From Eremomyces bilateralis CBS 781.70 (Eukaryota), in the NCBI GenBank assembly GCA_010015585.1, contig ML975157.1: DNA of 64,000 bases, one strand, 5' to 3'. The notes under the pieces were generated by a model. It was not told where the DNA came from. It worked only from the letters and a program-made list of their open reading frames with translations, and ran no database searches. The translations under genes and the position numbers were made by a program. Below are positions 33,463-44,751 of this stretch, in pieces (positions within the stretch are counted from its first letter, which is position 1; each line of letters opens with the position of its first letter).

Positions 33463-36314
33463 CAGTCAAACAGGGAGGCCTGCGGTCCGACGACCAGGTA
33501 CCGCTACTTTATTCCTGTGCCCTGTGGTACCAAGGAAACGGACGGTGTGTTGGCTTTCCACGTGGTCGTATCGAATGACCGTGCTGTACTGCGATGTCGG
33601 GTTAATAGGGGGCTAGGAGCGAGGCTCGAGAATATAGTAGAATAATGGTACCTCATGGTAGAAGTCCGACAGCTGATTGGAGCTCAAACATTCTGTAGTA
33701 GATCATGATTCACCGTTGGTTCGCTCTGAAGGATAATGTTCGTGAAGAATGAAGCTTAGCGAAGCTGGGGCATGTACCTTAGGCGGCATCATAGATTTCC
33801 TCAGGGGTTAGAAAACATGCTCAAAAAGGATCTGGGAGCGGTCTGGGAGCACTCGAATACATTCCGTAGCGGTCAATCTTTCGGAGAGGATCGTGGTTTA
33901 GCGCTTGGCAGTCCCTTAGCTTAAGAAAGGCAGCGATTGACGCATGCCGATGCAAATGCATGCGAGACTTGCGGAAGAATGGTCGCTAGGTCTTTTTTTA
34001 TGTCGTGGTGCCGCGAAGCTAAGTCGACATCATGATCGTATCTGACGCCAGGCTGTCCGACAGGTACTCTCCTCTGTTGAGGATGGAATGACAAACGGAG
34101 CCCCGTTGCCCTCATCGCTGCGGAATGTCGATAGATGAAGTGAAGAAGTATAACTTGATATTGACGATCTTCCTCTAGAGCAGTATCAAACAGTGGGACA
34201 GCTCCCATGCCTCGGCGGCATACCTTAATTCATGTTGCTGAGATTCGAGATCAAACGGGAAGCACTGGACGGAATGACGATGGTGCAATATCAGCTTTTT
34301 AGCTTGCCATTCCAACGCAGGCAAGGCTCGAAACAGTTCGAATTCGCATCACTCGGAGCGGTCTTCCGTTTCGCGTACCTGGCAACAGGGTTATTGAGGT
34401 TATGCAACTTCTGGAAGCTTTGTTGCAAGGGATGCCCTGATACGGAATATTGGAGTCCCCCTGTCCAGATTGGTCCGGGTAATTTCGAAACCACATGTGG
34501 AGCCGTTCTCTTTGGCAGCCTCGTTTGACATTATTGCCAGCAGTTCGGAGTCGCCGTTCATTGGGCGGAAAATCATCCATTATACTCCCGAGTCCTGAGC
34601 ATCTAGTTTCGCAATCCGTAGTGAGCGCCATGCTCTGGGATAGAAAGTGGATTCTGTGTCAGAGTCCACCGTTTGTTCCCCAGCGATCCCTCTCCGCCAT
34701 CTCACCGAGCCTTATCGACAAGGTCATTGATGGGTCACGATGTATTACTGCGCTATCTCCCAATCGCAGAGGAAAGATCTGACGTTTCCAATGCTAAGGG
34801 TCCAATTGCGGATTCATGGCGGCATCCTGTACTCCAATCCTGCAGGTTTACACGGGCAGATGGGAATCACGGCCCGGCTCTCAGCCACTCGATGTTCTTA
34901 TAGCCGCAGTAGGCACGGTAGTAATTAGGTACTTTGTGCGCCAGATTCACATGAAATCGAACCGTGGACTAAATCTGATTCGGGTCAACCTGTAGCTCGA
35001 GGCAAGTGGTTCTCTGTACAGAGTACACAGCAGCCAGTAGTAAGACCTTGTGGATGTTCTTGTGTAGCGGGTTTCGACATGGGGGGTTTGCTACCGTGGC
35101 TTCTGCATGTCTCCCGATAACCTGGTCCATCAACTGGGGTTTTCTGATTTGATGATAAGGTCGAAGCGTTGACTGTCGACAACTGACTTTGCTGAGTGTT
35201 GTCTCTGCCAAATCAGACTTCGATGTTTCTAATTAGGGAGCTACTCGCCTCTGGTTTGAGCCTTGGAGGGCCTCGGCAATCGGTTTCTCATCAGTTACTT
35301 CAGCACCCAAGACAAAGCCAAATGGTCTCGAACATGACCATTTTAAGTCCCTGTCGTGAGGCCGAAGGAACCCATCTTAGCATTCCCTAGCGCATAATGC
35401 GTTTCACTTATATGTCGGTTTCTAGACGTGTATCGATGGGAACATTACTGTAGACGCAACGAATCGAAACACCGCCGATAGCAGGACCGAGTTCCCGGCG
35501 GGTGTTACCGGTTGAACCGTCGAACGGCCGAAGCCTCGAAGACGCTAAAAGGCGGTCGGTTTCCACTAATTGAGTGGGCTTTGATCGTCATCGTAGTGAC
35601 ACGGACACTCTAAGAGTTCCACCATCGAAATATTGGTGGCATTCATGGAAGATCCGTTATTTTTCTCTTGTATGGTGGAGGAACTATCAGGCCAATAGAG
35701 TTAGCCTTCGCTTCGTTTATGCTGCTCCCGAAAGCGCTGTCCAATGCAACACTACCTTATCGCTGTTTCACAAAGAACACTGATAGACAAGTGCAAGTGA
35801 GGGCCGAAACCACCGAGAAGTCCCTGTAGTTAGCCACCTTCTGCCGGGTCTGCCCTCGTCGGATGTACAATGCATGCTACTACCAAAACAACAAGGTCAG
35901 CTCAGATCCTCGCCAACGTGGAAAGCTTGTCGATTTCATTCCCAGAGCAGCGGACAGAGACCAGCATCGGGCCAATACTGAGCCCGCTTACATCCTGTAG
36001 CGTTCCAGCCTGCCAGGGAGCTTGGATGGACCATGTAGATTTGCGCGAACGCTGGTCCTCGTCTGCAATCCCGCTATCCTCCCGAAGTCCCGAAGGCTCA
36101 TCGAAGCAAGGAAAGGGGAATGAGAAATGGAGTTCAGAATGAAGGCTCGCACGGTGTCATTGCGTTGAGCCCAACAGGAATTTATATCATCTGCTCCCAC
36201 GCCCTCCGTGGGGTTTGGACGTCGTAAGTCGAATTCAACCTCTTGTATTCCGCATTACCTCTTTTCTTTTTGCGGCCCGCTCCTTCTAGTCGCTTAGGCG
36301 TGGTTCGATTCAGA

Positions 36315-37695
36315 ATGGCTCCCACAGCTCTCGCTGACCTGTATCCAATCCCAGCCCGGCATTACAACAAAAATCAAGTCCAAGCGTCGGTGCTAAGTGG
36401 TCCAAAACAATTGTCGCTGGTATGTATTACCCCATCGTGAACATTCGTCTTCCAATCCCATGCATCGATCTCGTGGGGGTTTGTCATGTGTACCTGCGTC
36501 AACCTTGCTCATTCTCCACGTTAGGAAACACGAACTATATCCGATCCCGCACCCCACGAACTCCAGGTCCAGATCAAGGCTACTGGCCTCTGTGGAAGTG
36601 ATTGCTCCTATTATAGCAAGTTCCGCAACGGAGACCTGCAGGCCCATGAACCCTTGACTCTTGGCCATGAATCGAGTGGTGTCGTCGTTTCCATCGGGAG
36701 CGCCGTCTCGGGCTTCCAGATCGGTGACAGAGTAGCACTTGAAGTGGGAGTGCCGTGCGACAACTGTCGGTCATGTCAGCGTGGTCGATATAATCTCTGC
36801 CCATCGATGCGATTTCGAAGCAGTGCTAAGTCATTTCCACACTATCAAGGAACGCTCCAGGACCGGATAAATCACCCGGCGAAATGGTGTCACCGGTACG
36901 GTATCCCCTTGAATATTGCAATGCAAAGCTAATCCCGTCAGTGTCCCTCCACACGTCTCCGACGAAGCTGCCGCTCTGCTAGAACCTCTGTCTGTTGCGA
37001 TCCATGCAACAAGAAGAGCCACCATCGAACCTGGAGATACGATTGTGGTTTTCGGAGCGGGCACGATCGGACTCCTCGTCTCAGCAATGGCTAAGCTAGG
37101 TGGCGCCGATGTAGTCATTGCAGATATCGACAGTGGTCGTGTTGCATACGCGCTCATGAAGGGGTTCGCGTCGAAAGGCGTCGTCGTGAATCAGTACAGC
37201 GATGCATGCCATCTATCAGAGCAGCTCCAAGCGGCCAAACACGTTTCAGACGAGGTCTTGCGAATTGCGTCATCGGGCGAAATGGACTTTGAGGGGGCTG
37301 ATGTGACTTTTGATTGTACCGGAAAGGAGATATGCATGCAAGCCGGGCTACATGTAAGCGCGACGATACCGACATGTCAAAGACCAAGCTAACGACTTCA
37401 GACGACTCGTCCAGGAGGACAGCTTGTGATGGTTGGTATGGGTACACCCATCCAAACGCTCCCAATGTCCGCTGCGCACCTCAAGGAGGTGGATATCATT
37501 GGGATTTTCCGATATGCCAACACCTATCCCACCGGTATCAAGCTACTCTCAAGCGGCCAAATCCCTTGTCTTGACGACTTGGTGACTCATCGGTTCGAAG
37601 GGCTGAATACCGTGAAAGAGGCATTTGAGCTGGCTGGGAGAACGTCGGACGACCAAGGTCGACTGGTTCTGAAGGTTGTCGTAAAGACGGTTTAA
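36315..37695 (+). CDS. Zinc-dependent polyol (sorbitol/xylitol-type) dehydrogenase (4 exons)
   Basis: GLCGSD, LGHESSG, CDNCRSCQRGRYNLC, VFGAGTIG, GIFRYANTYP. Confidence 0.92.
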
Positions 37696-38074
37696 TGACA
37701 GAAGTTGCGGGGATTGAGCTTCAATCAACAAAGACTAGATCAAGGAATAGACTCGAACAAATAGATGGAACTGGGTTTACGGAATAAGGGAGCATTATGC
37801 TGAAGGGAAAGAAATTGGACATTTCGGTTTACAAAAAAGGAAACAGACTGGTGCGCTACATGGAGTGAGGTGGAACATGACAGGAATGGCATGACCATAC
37901 GATTTTTGGGTCATGGATAAATCCACGGTTCCTACATCAAAGGGGAGCACTATTAGTCTTTAAATCACCTAAATCCACCATCGTCTGGCAACGAGTGTGC
38001 AGAAGTTGAAGTTGCTGTGCTGTGAAATTGGTGTGAATTTGGTGGGGGCTGAGAGAGCTAATAGAACAATTTGA

Positions 38075-38103
38075 TAACTAACTTAGTTAACTTAAGTTAA
38101 CTA
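38075..38103. repeat. Left TA-punctuated array (putative stacked excision footprints; last TA is the target-site duplication)
   Basis: Parses as TA-AC-TA-ACT-TA-GT-TA-ACT-TA-AGT-TA-AC-TA directly abutting the TIR. Confidence 0.75.
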
Positions 38104-39949
38104 ACGTAATCCACCAGCGAGTCGCCCAAACCACCGAGTCGCCCACTTCATCTCCGTAACAGCGATCATCACGATTTTTTCGCAATGTCTCAACAACAGA
38201 GCCCTCAATTACCTTCAAATGAAGCTAGAATGAACCTAGCCATCCAGACTATCGAACAAGACCAAGTTCAATCAATTCGAGAAGCTGCAAAAGCTTACAA
38301 CGTCCCGTGGAGTACCTTACGTGACCGCCGCAACGGAATGACTGCACGAAGCGATTGTGTCCCGAATTCGAAAAAGCTCTCAAATATGGAAGAAAGGGTG
38401 ATTATCGACTACTGCCTCGATGTCGACGCGCGCGGATTTCAGCTCAATTACGATATGTTGCGAGATATAGCCAACAAGCTACTCAGCGATCGCGGTCAGG
38501 CTCACGTTGGTATCAATTGGCCGTCAAGATTCGTACAACGCGTTCCAGAGCTCAAAACACGTGTTAATCGAAAGTACGACTATAAAAGAGCCCTGAACGA
38601 AGATCCAGAGATTATTGGCGCGTGGTTTCGCCTCGTACGCAACGTGAAGGCAAAATACGGTATCCTGGATGAAGATACATACAACTTTGATGAAGTTGGC
38701 TTTCAAATGGGCGTAATCGGGACGCGCATGGTCATCACGGGTACCGAACGACGTCAGACTCCAAAAACCTTGCAGCCAGGCAATACAGAATGGGTGACAT
38801 CGATCATTGCTGCCAGCGCGCAAGGTTGGATTGTCCCACCCTTCATCATCTTCAAAAGCGCTCGACATTACAATACCTGGTACGAGGCGATTGCGGATAG
38901 GCCTGATTGGGTTCTATCAGTTAGCGAGAAGGGCTGGACGTCCCTTGAGCATGGATTTGAGTGGTTAAAGCATTTTAATCGCTTCACAGAAGACCGTACG
39001 ACTGGCGCCTATCGGCTTCTGATTATGGATGGCCATAACAGCCATGACACTATCCAATTCCAGGATTTCTGCAAGGACCAGAAGATTATTACTCTCTGCA
39101 TGCCTTCGCATTCATCTCATTTGCTACAACCCCTCGACGTTGGCTGTTTTGGGCCATTAAAGCGCGCGTATAGCAAGGAGATTGAGGACTTTATCCGGTG
39201 CCGCATCAACCACATCACGAAAGAGGACTTTTTACCTGCTTTCAAGACCGCCTTCGAAAAAGCAATTGCTACGGAGAATATCCAGGGCGCCTTCAAAGGC
39301 GCAGGATTAGTGCCTTTCGATCCAGAAGCTGTTATTTCAAAGCTTGATGTCCGATTACAGACCCCGACGCCATTACCAGAGATCACTCAATGGGAGTCGC
39401 AAACACCACGCAACGTCGCTGAAATAAGGTCCCAAACAGAGTACATACGACAGCGCCTTCAAAGAGATCAAAATACCTCCCCAACACCGCTTTTAGAAAG
39501 CTTTTCAAGCCTTGAAAAGGGTGTTCAAATGGTCGCGCACGGAGCTTCAATCATGGAGGTCGAGATAGGAAAGCTTCGGAAGGCAAACGAGACGCTATCA
39601 AAGCGCAAACAACGCAAAAAAAAGGTGCTTAAGGGCGCTAATACGCGCTCAATTACTGATGGGCTTGAATTAGCTGTACAACGTCGGGATCAAGATATAA
39701 TCAGTGAAAATGGTACTTCTAATGACGTTCCCGCAAGGCGCCAGCGACGTTGCGGACGCTGTCGCGAGCCAGGACATCGCGTTGAGACCTGTACAATGCC
39801 TCAATTAGCTATACCAGAAAACGTAGATCCTAGCCTACTTCCTAATTAATAAATTGCTTCAGTAGTTGTTGAGATATTCAGGTTACGGTAGTGGGCCACG
39901 GTTGAGGTGGGCGACTCGGTGGTTTGGGCGACTCGCTGGTGGATTACGT
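38104..39949 (+). mobile_element. Fot1/pogo-family (Tc1/mariner superfamily) DNA transposon, full length, 1846 bp
   Basis: TIR of about 47 bp (ACGTAATCCACCAGCGAGTCGCCCAAACCACCGAGTCGCCCAC, 43 bp perfect) with internal GAGTCGCCCA direct repeat; TA on both sides; intact transposase ORF. Confidence 0.97.
38185..39849 (+). CDS. Fot1/pogo transposase (HTH_psq, CENP-B HTH, DDD domain, C-terminal zinc knuckle)
   Basis: SIREAAKAYNVPWSTLRDR, YNFDEVGF, LLIMDGHNSH, LQPLDVGCFGPLK, CGRCREPGHRVETC. Confidence 0.96.
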   Translation: MSQQQSPQLPSNEARMNLAIQTIEQDQVQSIREAAKAYNVPWSTLRDRRNGMTARSDCVPNSKKLSNMEERVIIDYCLDVDARGFQLNYDMLRDIANKLLSDRGQAHVGINWPSRFVQRVPELKTRVNRKYDYKRALNEDPEIIGAWFRLVRNVKAKYGILDEDTYNFDEVGFQMGVIGTRMVITGTERRQTPKTLQPGNTEWVTSIIAASAQGWIVPPFIIFKSARHYNTWYEAIADRPDWVLSVSEKGWTSLEHGFEWLKHFNRFTEDRTTGAYRLLIMDGHNSHDTIQFQDFCKDQKIITLCMPSHSSHLLQPLDVGCFGPLKRAYSKEIEDFIRCRINHITKEDFLPAFKTAFEKAIATENIQGAFKGAGLVPFDPEAVISKLDVRLQTPTPLPEITQWESQTPRNVAEIRSQTEYIRQRLQRDQNTSPTPLLESFSSLEKGVQMVAHGASIMEVEIGKLRKANETLSKRKQRKKKVLKGANTRSITDGLELAVQRRDQDIISENGTSNDVPARRQRRCGRCREPGHRVETCTMPQLAIPENVDPSLLPN

Positions 39950-39981
39950 TAGTTAACTTAACTAAGTTAGTTAGTTAACTA
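39950..39981. repeat. Right TA-punctuated array (putative stacked excision footprints)
   Basis: Parses as TA-GT-TA-ACT-TA-AC-TA-AGT-TA-GT-TA-GT-TA-AC-TA. Confidence 0.75.
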
Positions 39982-40151
39982 ATTTGATATTAGCCTTATA
40001 TCCATATGCCTGAGGCCACAATATCTGGTTCAACCTCCAACTGAACGCAAGCTCTCTGACAGTCTCTCCAGGCAAGCAGTAATAAACAAAAGATGGGCAT
40101 GAACCATTCATTCTATTAGAAGGCCACGACTCCGGCCGACGTACACCCATC

Positions 40152-41464
40152 ATGCAGACCGAATCCCCGAATCCTCTAATACACAATGCTCCAGCATCGG
40201 ATACCAGTCCCCGCGTCCAGCTCCATCCTCTTGTCCTCCTCACGATTTCCGACACCATCACCCGGCACAATCTCCGCGACAGCGAGGAGCTAAGCGTGGG
40301 AATCATCCTTGGCCAGCAGAATGGCCGTGAAGTCACCATGGAAGCTGCGTTTGAGTGTAAGACGGTTACCACAGAGGGCACGGTCTTGTTCGACGAGGAG
40401 TATCTCAGGGTGCGGCTCGATCACTGTAAGTGACCGGATACTCTGGACAGATAGGAACCATGACTAATTCAACATGAAGTGAGAGAAGTCTATCCGTCTC
40501 CGCAGCTCGATTTGGTGGGCTGGTTCGGCCTCGGGCTCCCATCTGGACCCGCGTTGTATCACTCCGTGATCCAGGATCAATTCCAGCACCGACTGGGACA
40601 CGACAATGCGTTACTGCTCCTCTTTCACCCTACCGCGGTCGGCGAACCCGAATTGGCTATGGGGAAGCTCCCAGTTTCGGTATATGAAGGCGTCGTTATC
40701 AACGAACCGAACGCCATGGATGTCGACGGCGGTGATCGAGCGAAGGGCCTGAGATTTAGGGGGTTGGAGTGTGCGATCGAGACGAGCGAGGCGGAAATGA
40801 TCGCGATCGACTTCGTAGCTAAGGGTGGAGGGAATGCCACGGCTGTGGAACGGCCCAACGAGCCGGCGAGTGAGTCGAGCGGGAAAGGCAAGGGGAAAGC
40901 GCTCTCCGTAGACGACTTGGTAAACGGAGCAGAACAGGCACCGGAAGTCCAGCTTTCTCCCGCGGAAGAAGATCGTATGGCTGGTCTTGGCTCCGAACTT
41001 GAGATTCCCGAGGCTAACACAGCACAGTCATCTCGTCCCTTACCGCAAAGCTCAACGCGAGCAAGATGCTCCACCAACGCATTTCTCTCCTCGGATCGTA
41101 CGTCTCGTCTCTACCACCCTCCTACCTCACCGATCCCTCGCTTCCGATCCAAACCTCCTCCGACCCCGAAACCGACCAGACGCTCCCAAACCATCAAATC
41201 CTCCGCTCCATCTCGGGCCTCATCCGCCGCCTGCCCATCCTCCCGCCACCATCCACCGTGGAATTCCAGCGCGAAGTATCCGAGCAGCGCACAGACGTGA
41301 CGCTACTCGACCTGCTCGCGAAGGTGACCGAGTCGATCAATGAGAGCCGCGAAATGGGCAAGAAAGTGGCGGCGGTGGAAATTGGTCGGTCGTTTGGACG
41401 GAAGGGGTCGGGGATGCAGGGTCTACAGGAACTGCCGTCCACGGCATTCGACAGTCCGACGTGA
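40152..41464 (+). CDS. CSN6: COP9 signalosome subunit 6 (3 exons)
   Basis: MPN domain VQLHPLVLLTISDTITRH...GIILGQQNGREVTME, LDLVGWF, ETSEAEMIAIDFVAKGGGNA. Confidence 0.9.
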
Positions 41465-42270
41465 AGGGAGCATGACTCACATGACGTTGACGAATAATGA
41501 TGGGAATTCATGAGTTGCTCGTCGTTGAGAGGTTCTACCAGCGAGCATTCTGCCTAGTATTGCAGGCGTAACATTCTTATAGAATCGAACGTGGTCCTGA
41601 AGACCAACGGTCTGCTCTGTAGAAGGGAATAAAGATGCACTTCAAATCGCACTCCCCAATGAATGAGCGTCCATGGTGATATGATGGTAGTATATATGAG
41701 CTGATAAGCGGCACGATAAAGCAGTATGTGCCCTGATCCGTACATCATAACCCCTGGGTCTAATGCACGAATCCTCCGAAACTCTCGCTAGTGTATTTTC
41801 ATAGGTGTCAACCCGAGGGAATCGAAAGTTTGGGTTGTGAAACAAATGAGTCATCAAAGTGGCTACGATACTATAAAAATCGAACCAAGAACGACGCCCT
41901 GAGGAACTTGTGATCGATTGAACATGACAACACTATCGCGAAATCCATCCCTCAACTGCTCCGCCGAGAACCGCTAACGTCGACGCCCTTCCAATAGTTT
42001 CCTTCTCCAACGAGTTGGCGTTGATAGGGGAAAGCCGCCTGTGTCTCAAACTCAATATCATCAGATCCCGCAAGTGTTCCGCAAGATGCCCTTGGTGAAA
42101 GCAATACTCATCACATCAGGATCCCTCGAGCCAGCATCTGTCAAATCAGCATCTGTCAAATCAGTATATATCACAAGAGGACGCACCAATTGGGCATCCA
42201 TCAAGGTTAGCCTCCGTAAAGTTGCATGCATCGAGGGAGCATATAAGCAACAATGTCAAGCCACAACTCC

Positions 42271-42864
42271 TCACATCATTGCCCGGCGAGCCGCTCGGTG
42301 AGCCTCCTTCGCCAGTTTGAGGTCCCAGTCTTCATCCTCCGCCACCGGCCTGAATCCATTGAATTCTTCGAATTCTTTGACCGGTTCCGGCTCTGGCAGG
42401 TCCTCAGGGGTAACCTCATTACGCAACGGAGACGGCTTGCCAGGTTCGAAATCGTAGGAACCGGTGGCATATCCACGCTTCTTTTCCTTGGTCCAGAACT
42501 CGCCCTCGACCTTCCAGAGTTCGCAGAGGTTGCACTTGAATTCTGGAGCGTTGAACCCGAGGAGCTTGAACTGGGTGGTGCCTTTTGCGAGGCGGGGGTC
42601 GTCTTTCATAGCCGCAATGGTATTCGCTTCCGCATCTAGATCCTCGAGTGTCTTGGTGTGATCATTGTGAACTTGGTTCCAAAAGTCGAACCAGTCCTCC
42701 CTGAGGCAAGGGCCGCATTTGGTTTGGAAGAGGATCTCTAGTGGGTCATCCCAACCGCGACAAGGACCATACCCTTTCTGGCTGTAGCCATGGTCGAGGC
42801 AGTAGGAGATGCGATGCCGGACGATGTGGTTGCAGGAGTAGATGTGCCAGCGGTATTTGCACAT
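42271..42864 (-). CDS. Hypothetical protein with N-terminal Cys/His cluster
   Basis: 197-aa ORF starting MCKY...YSCNH...YC...PC...KCGPC, a common start pattern in fungal orphan proteins. Confidence 0.7.
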   Translation of the reverse strand: MCKYRWHIYSCNHIVRHRISYCLDHGYSQKGYGPCRGWDDPLEILFQTKCGPCLREDWFDFWNQVHNDHTKTLEDLDAEANTIAAMKDDPRLAKGTTQFKLLGFNAPEFKCNLCELWKVEGEFWTKEKKRGYATGSYDFEPGKPSPLRNEVTPEDLPEPEPVKEFEEFNGFRPVAEDEDWDLKLAKEAHRAARRAMM

Positions 42865-44751
42865 CGCGATGGGCTCTTGGGACTATGGTGCCTTGTTTGA
42901 AAGGGGGTTGGTTAGACGGTTGGGAAGCTTAACTGATAATCAGCACTGAGTCACCACCAATCTTGTGAGATGTGGCCTCAACTCACTCTCAAGGCACTTG
43001 ATGAAGTCAAACGGGTTACGAACTGAATCCAGTTGTCCCTCTGTAGCTCCAATTATGTATTGCTTCTCGTATTGGCCCTAGGGGTTGTGAGCAACTTACT
43101 GGCGATTCAAGGCCTAATCCGAGGTACACTGCTCTGACTAAAGGTTTGCGATGAAGGCGTGTGAGCAAACCCGATTAGTGTGTGGAACGCGGATCGCATA
43201 TGATTGTGCGGGAATTTTAGTCTGCAGGAGCAAGTACACTAGACGAGGATGAGAACGCTGAACGCCGAATTGAAGCGCTGTGAAGAAAAGAAAAGGCAGA
43301 ACGAGTATCAGAAGTAAAGTGAAGAGAGTACAAATGAAATTTAGGAAGCAAAGGACGAAGAAAAGCGAACACTTAAGCAGTGAAGTGCAGGATGAAGAAA
43401 GTGAGGTTGGTGATTCTTGATCACTTGCGATGAAGGCGAAACGGAGAGGAAGATGAGGGCAACCAGGAAGATTTCACTGCGTGGAAGGGGTTCGGGGAGA
43501 CAAGGCTCTGATAAAGGCTTTCATAAAGTAATTGTATCGATCATTCTCTCGTTCACTTGCACTGGGGGCTTAGTTACTGCCTGGCTCCGTCACGAGCAAG
43601 ATGCCACCCAGGAAGTGTGACTTGCAGATATAGAGGGGGAGGTCTCACCGGGCCAATAGCAATGGCATGGAAGCAAGTAACCAAGAATCCATGTAAAGGA
43701 TTCACATAGGAAGAGGAACCGAAGGCTGTATATCTATGCCGAGCGTAATGCGAGGGAGATAATATGAGGTGAAGTGTGTAAAAACGTGGAAAGGGCACTG
43801 ACACTACAAAGTCCGTGTCTTGGAGACCTTGGATCCCATCACGTGTTTGATGGAGACTCTGCTCCGTGAGAGCCTGTCATGGCCGGGTACGACATGAACT
43901 GCTAAGGAAGGGAGTCGCAGTCGGGATGGAAATTCTCGGCAAGAGGCAGGCAGCAAGAGGAACCTCTCCTCAGTCACTCAGGTCTCCTGTCATTTGACAT
44001 GTGACGGAATCAGTGTATGGAAACTGAATCAACGTCCGGTGACCACGAGAATGATGATGACTGCGTGGAATGATGACCGAGCAATGGCGACATCCGCTAG
44101 CCAGCAAACATGACTCAGATATGGAGATGGTGAATGAAGAGTAAGGTGGCGTAGGGTATGGCATAGGGACCGAGAGGACAGCTTGCTCGCGAAAGTGAGG
44201 ATCAATAATCACACAAGCTCCCACTGGTTGTATCCAACCGAAGTATACATCACGATCTCTTCCTGGAAGGGAGGCTGGAGTCGAGGACGGTATCTATTGC
44301 GGAGATAAGGTATCTATCTGCTAAATTCGTTGGCAGTAAATATTCAACGATCAATCCAGTCAGGTGATGGGGGAAAAACATCGATGACCAAGTCGTTCAA
44401 CGATGATGATAGCCCCTGAGAGAAAATGGGATCTGGCAGAGTCTGCCTACGCAAGAGCCAGTAGATTCCTCACGAAAATGGACCATTCCATTCCCCTGGC
44501 GCCCACACCTTGTCCAGGCCGGAAGGTATTCCCGAAATCCTCAATTGCAGTTGTTCCTTGAGTACGCCCCGTGACACCAGGCGATGAGCCGATTCCTCTG
44601 CATTGACGCCAGCGTAGAAACACATGAAAATATCCGACGATAAATGATAACCCAACCCAGATCGTGGGCGGTAGAGCACGCGTTTCGGTCGAGAGGGGGA
44701 AACGACGCCTCTCGGTCAGCCTCCGATCCATCCGTCCGCCGACAGCAGCAA

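Noticed and set aside
33600..36300. Short ORFs in the long gap before the polyol dehydrogenase
   Set aside because: No motifs, coherent exon chain or TIR/LTR found by eye; a degenerate relic cannot be excluded.
38075..38103. TAAC/GTTA flanks as telomeric repeats or an extension of the TIR
   Set aside because: Not TTAGGG. Left and right flanks are only partly complementary and differ in spacer order, and the TA|ACGT boundary fits a pogo end.
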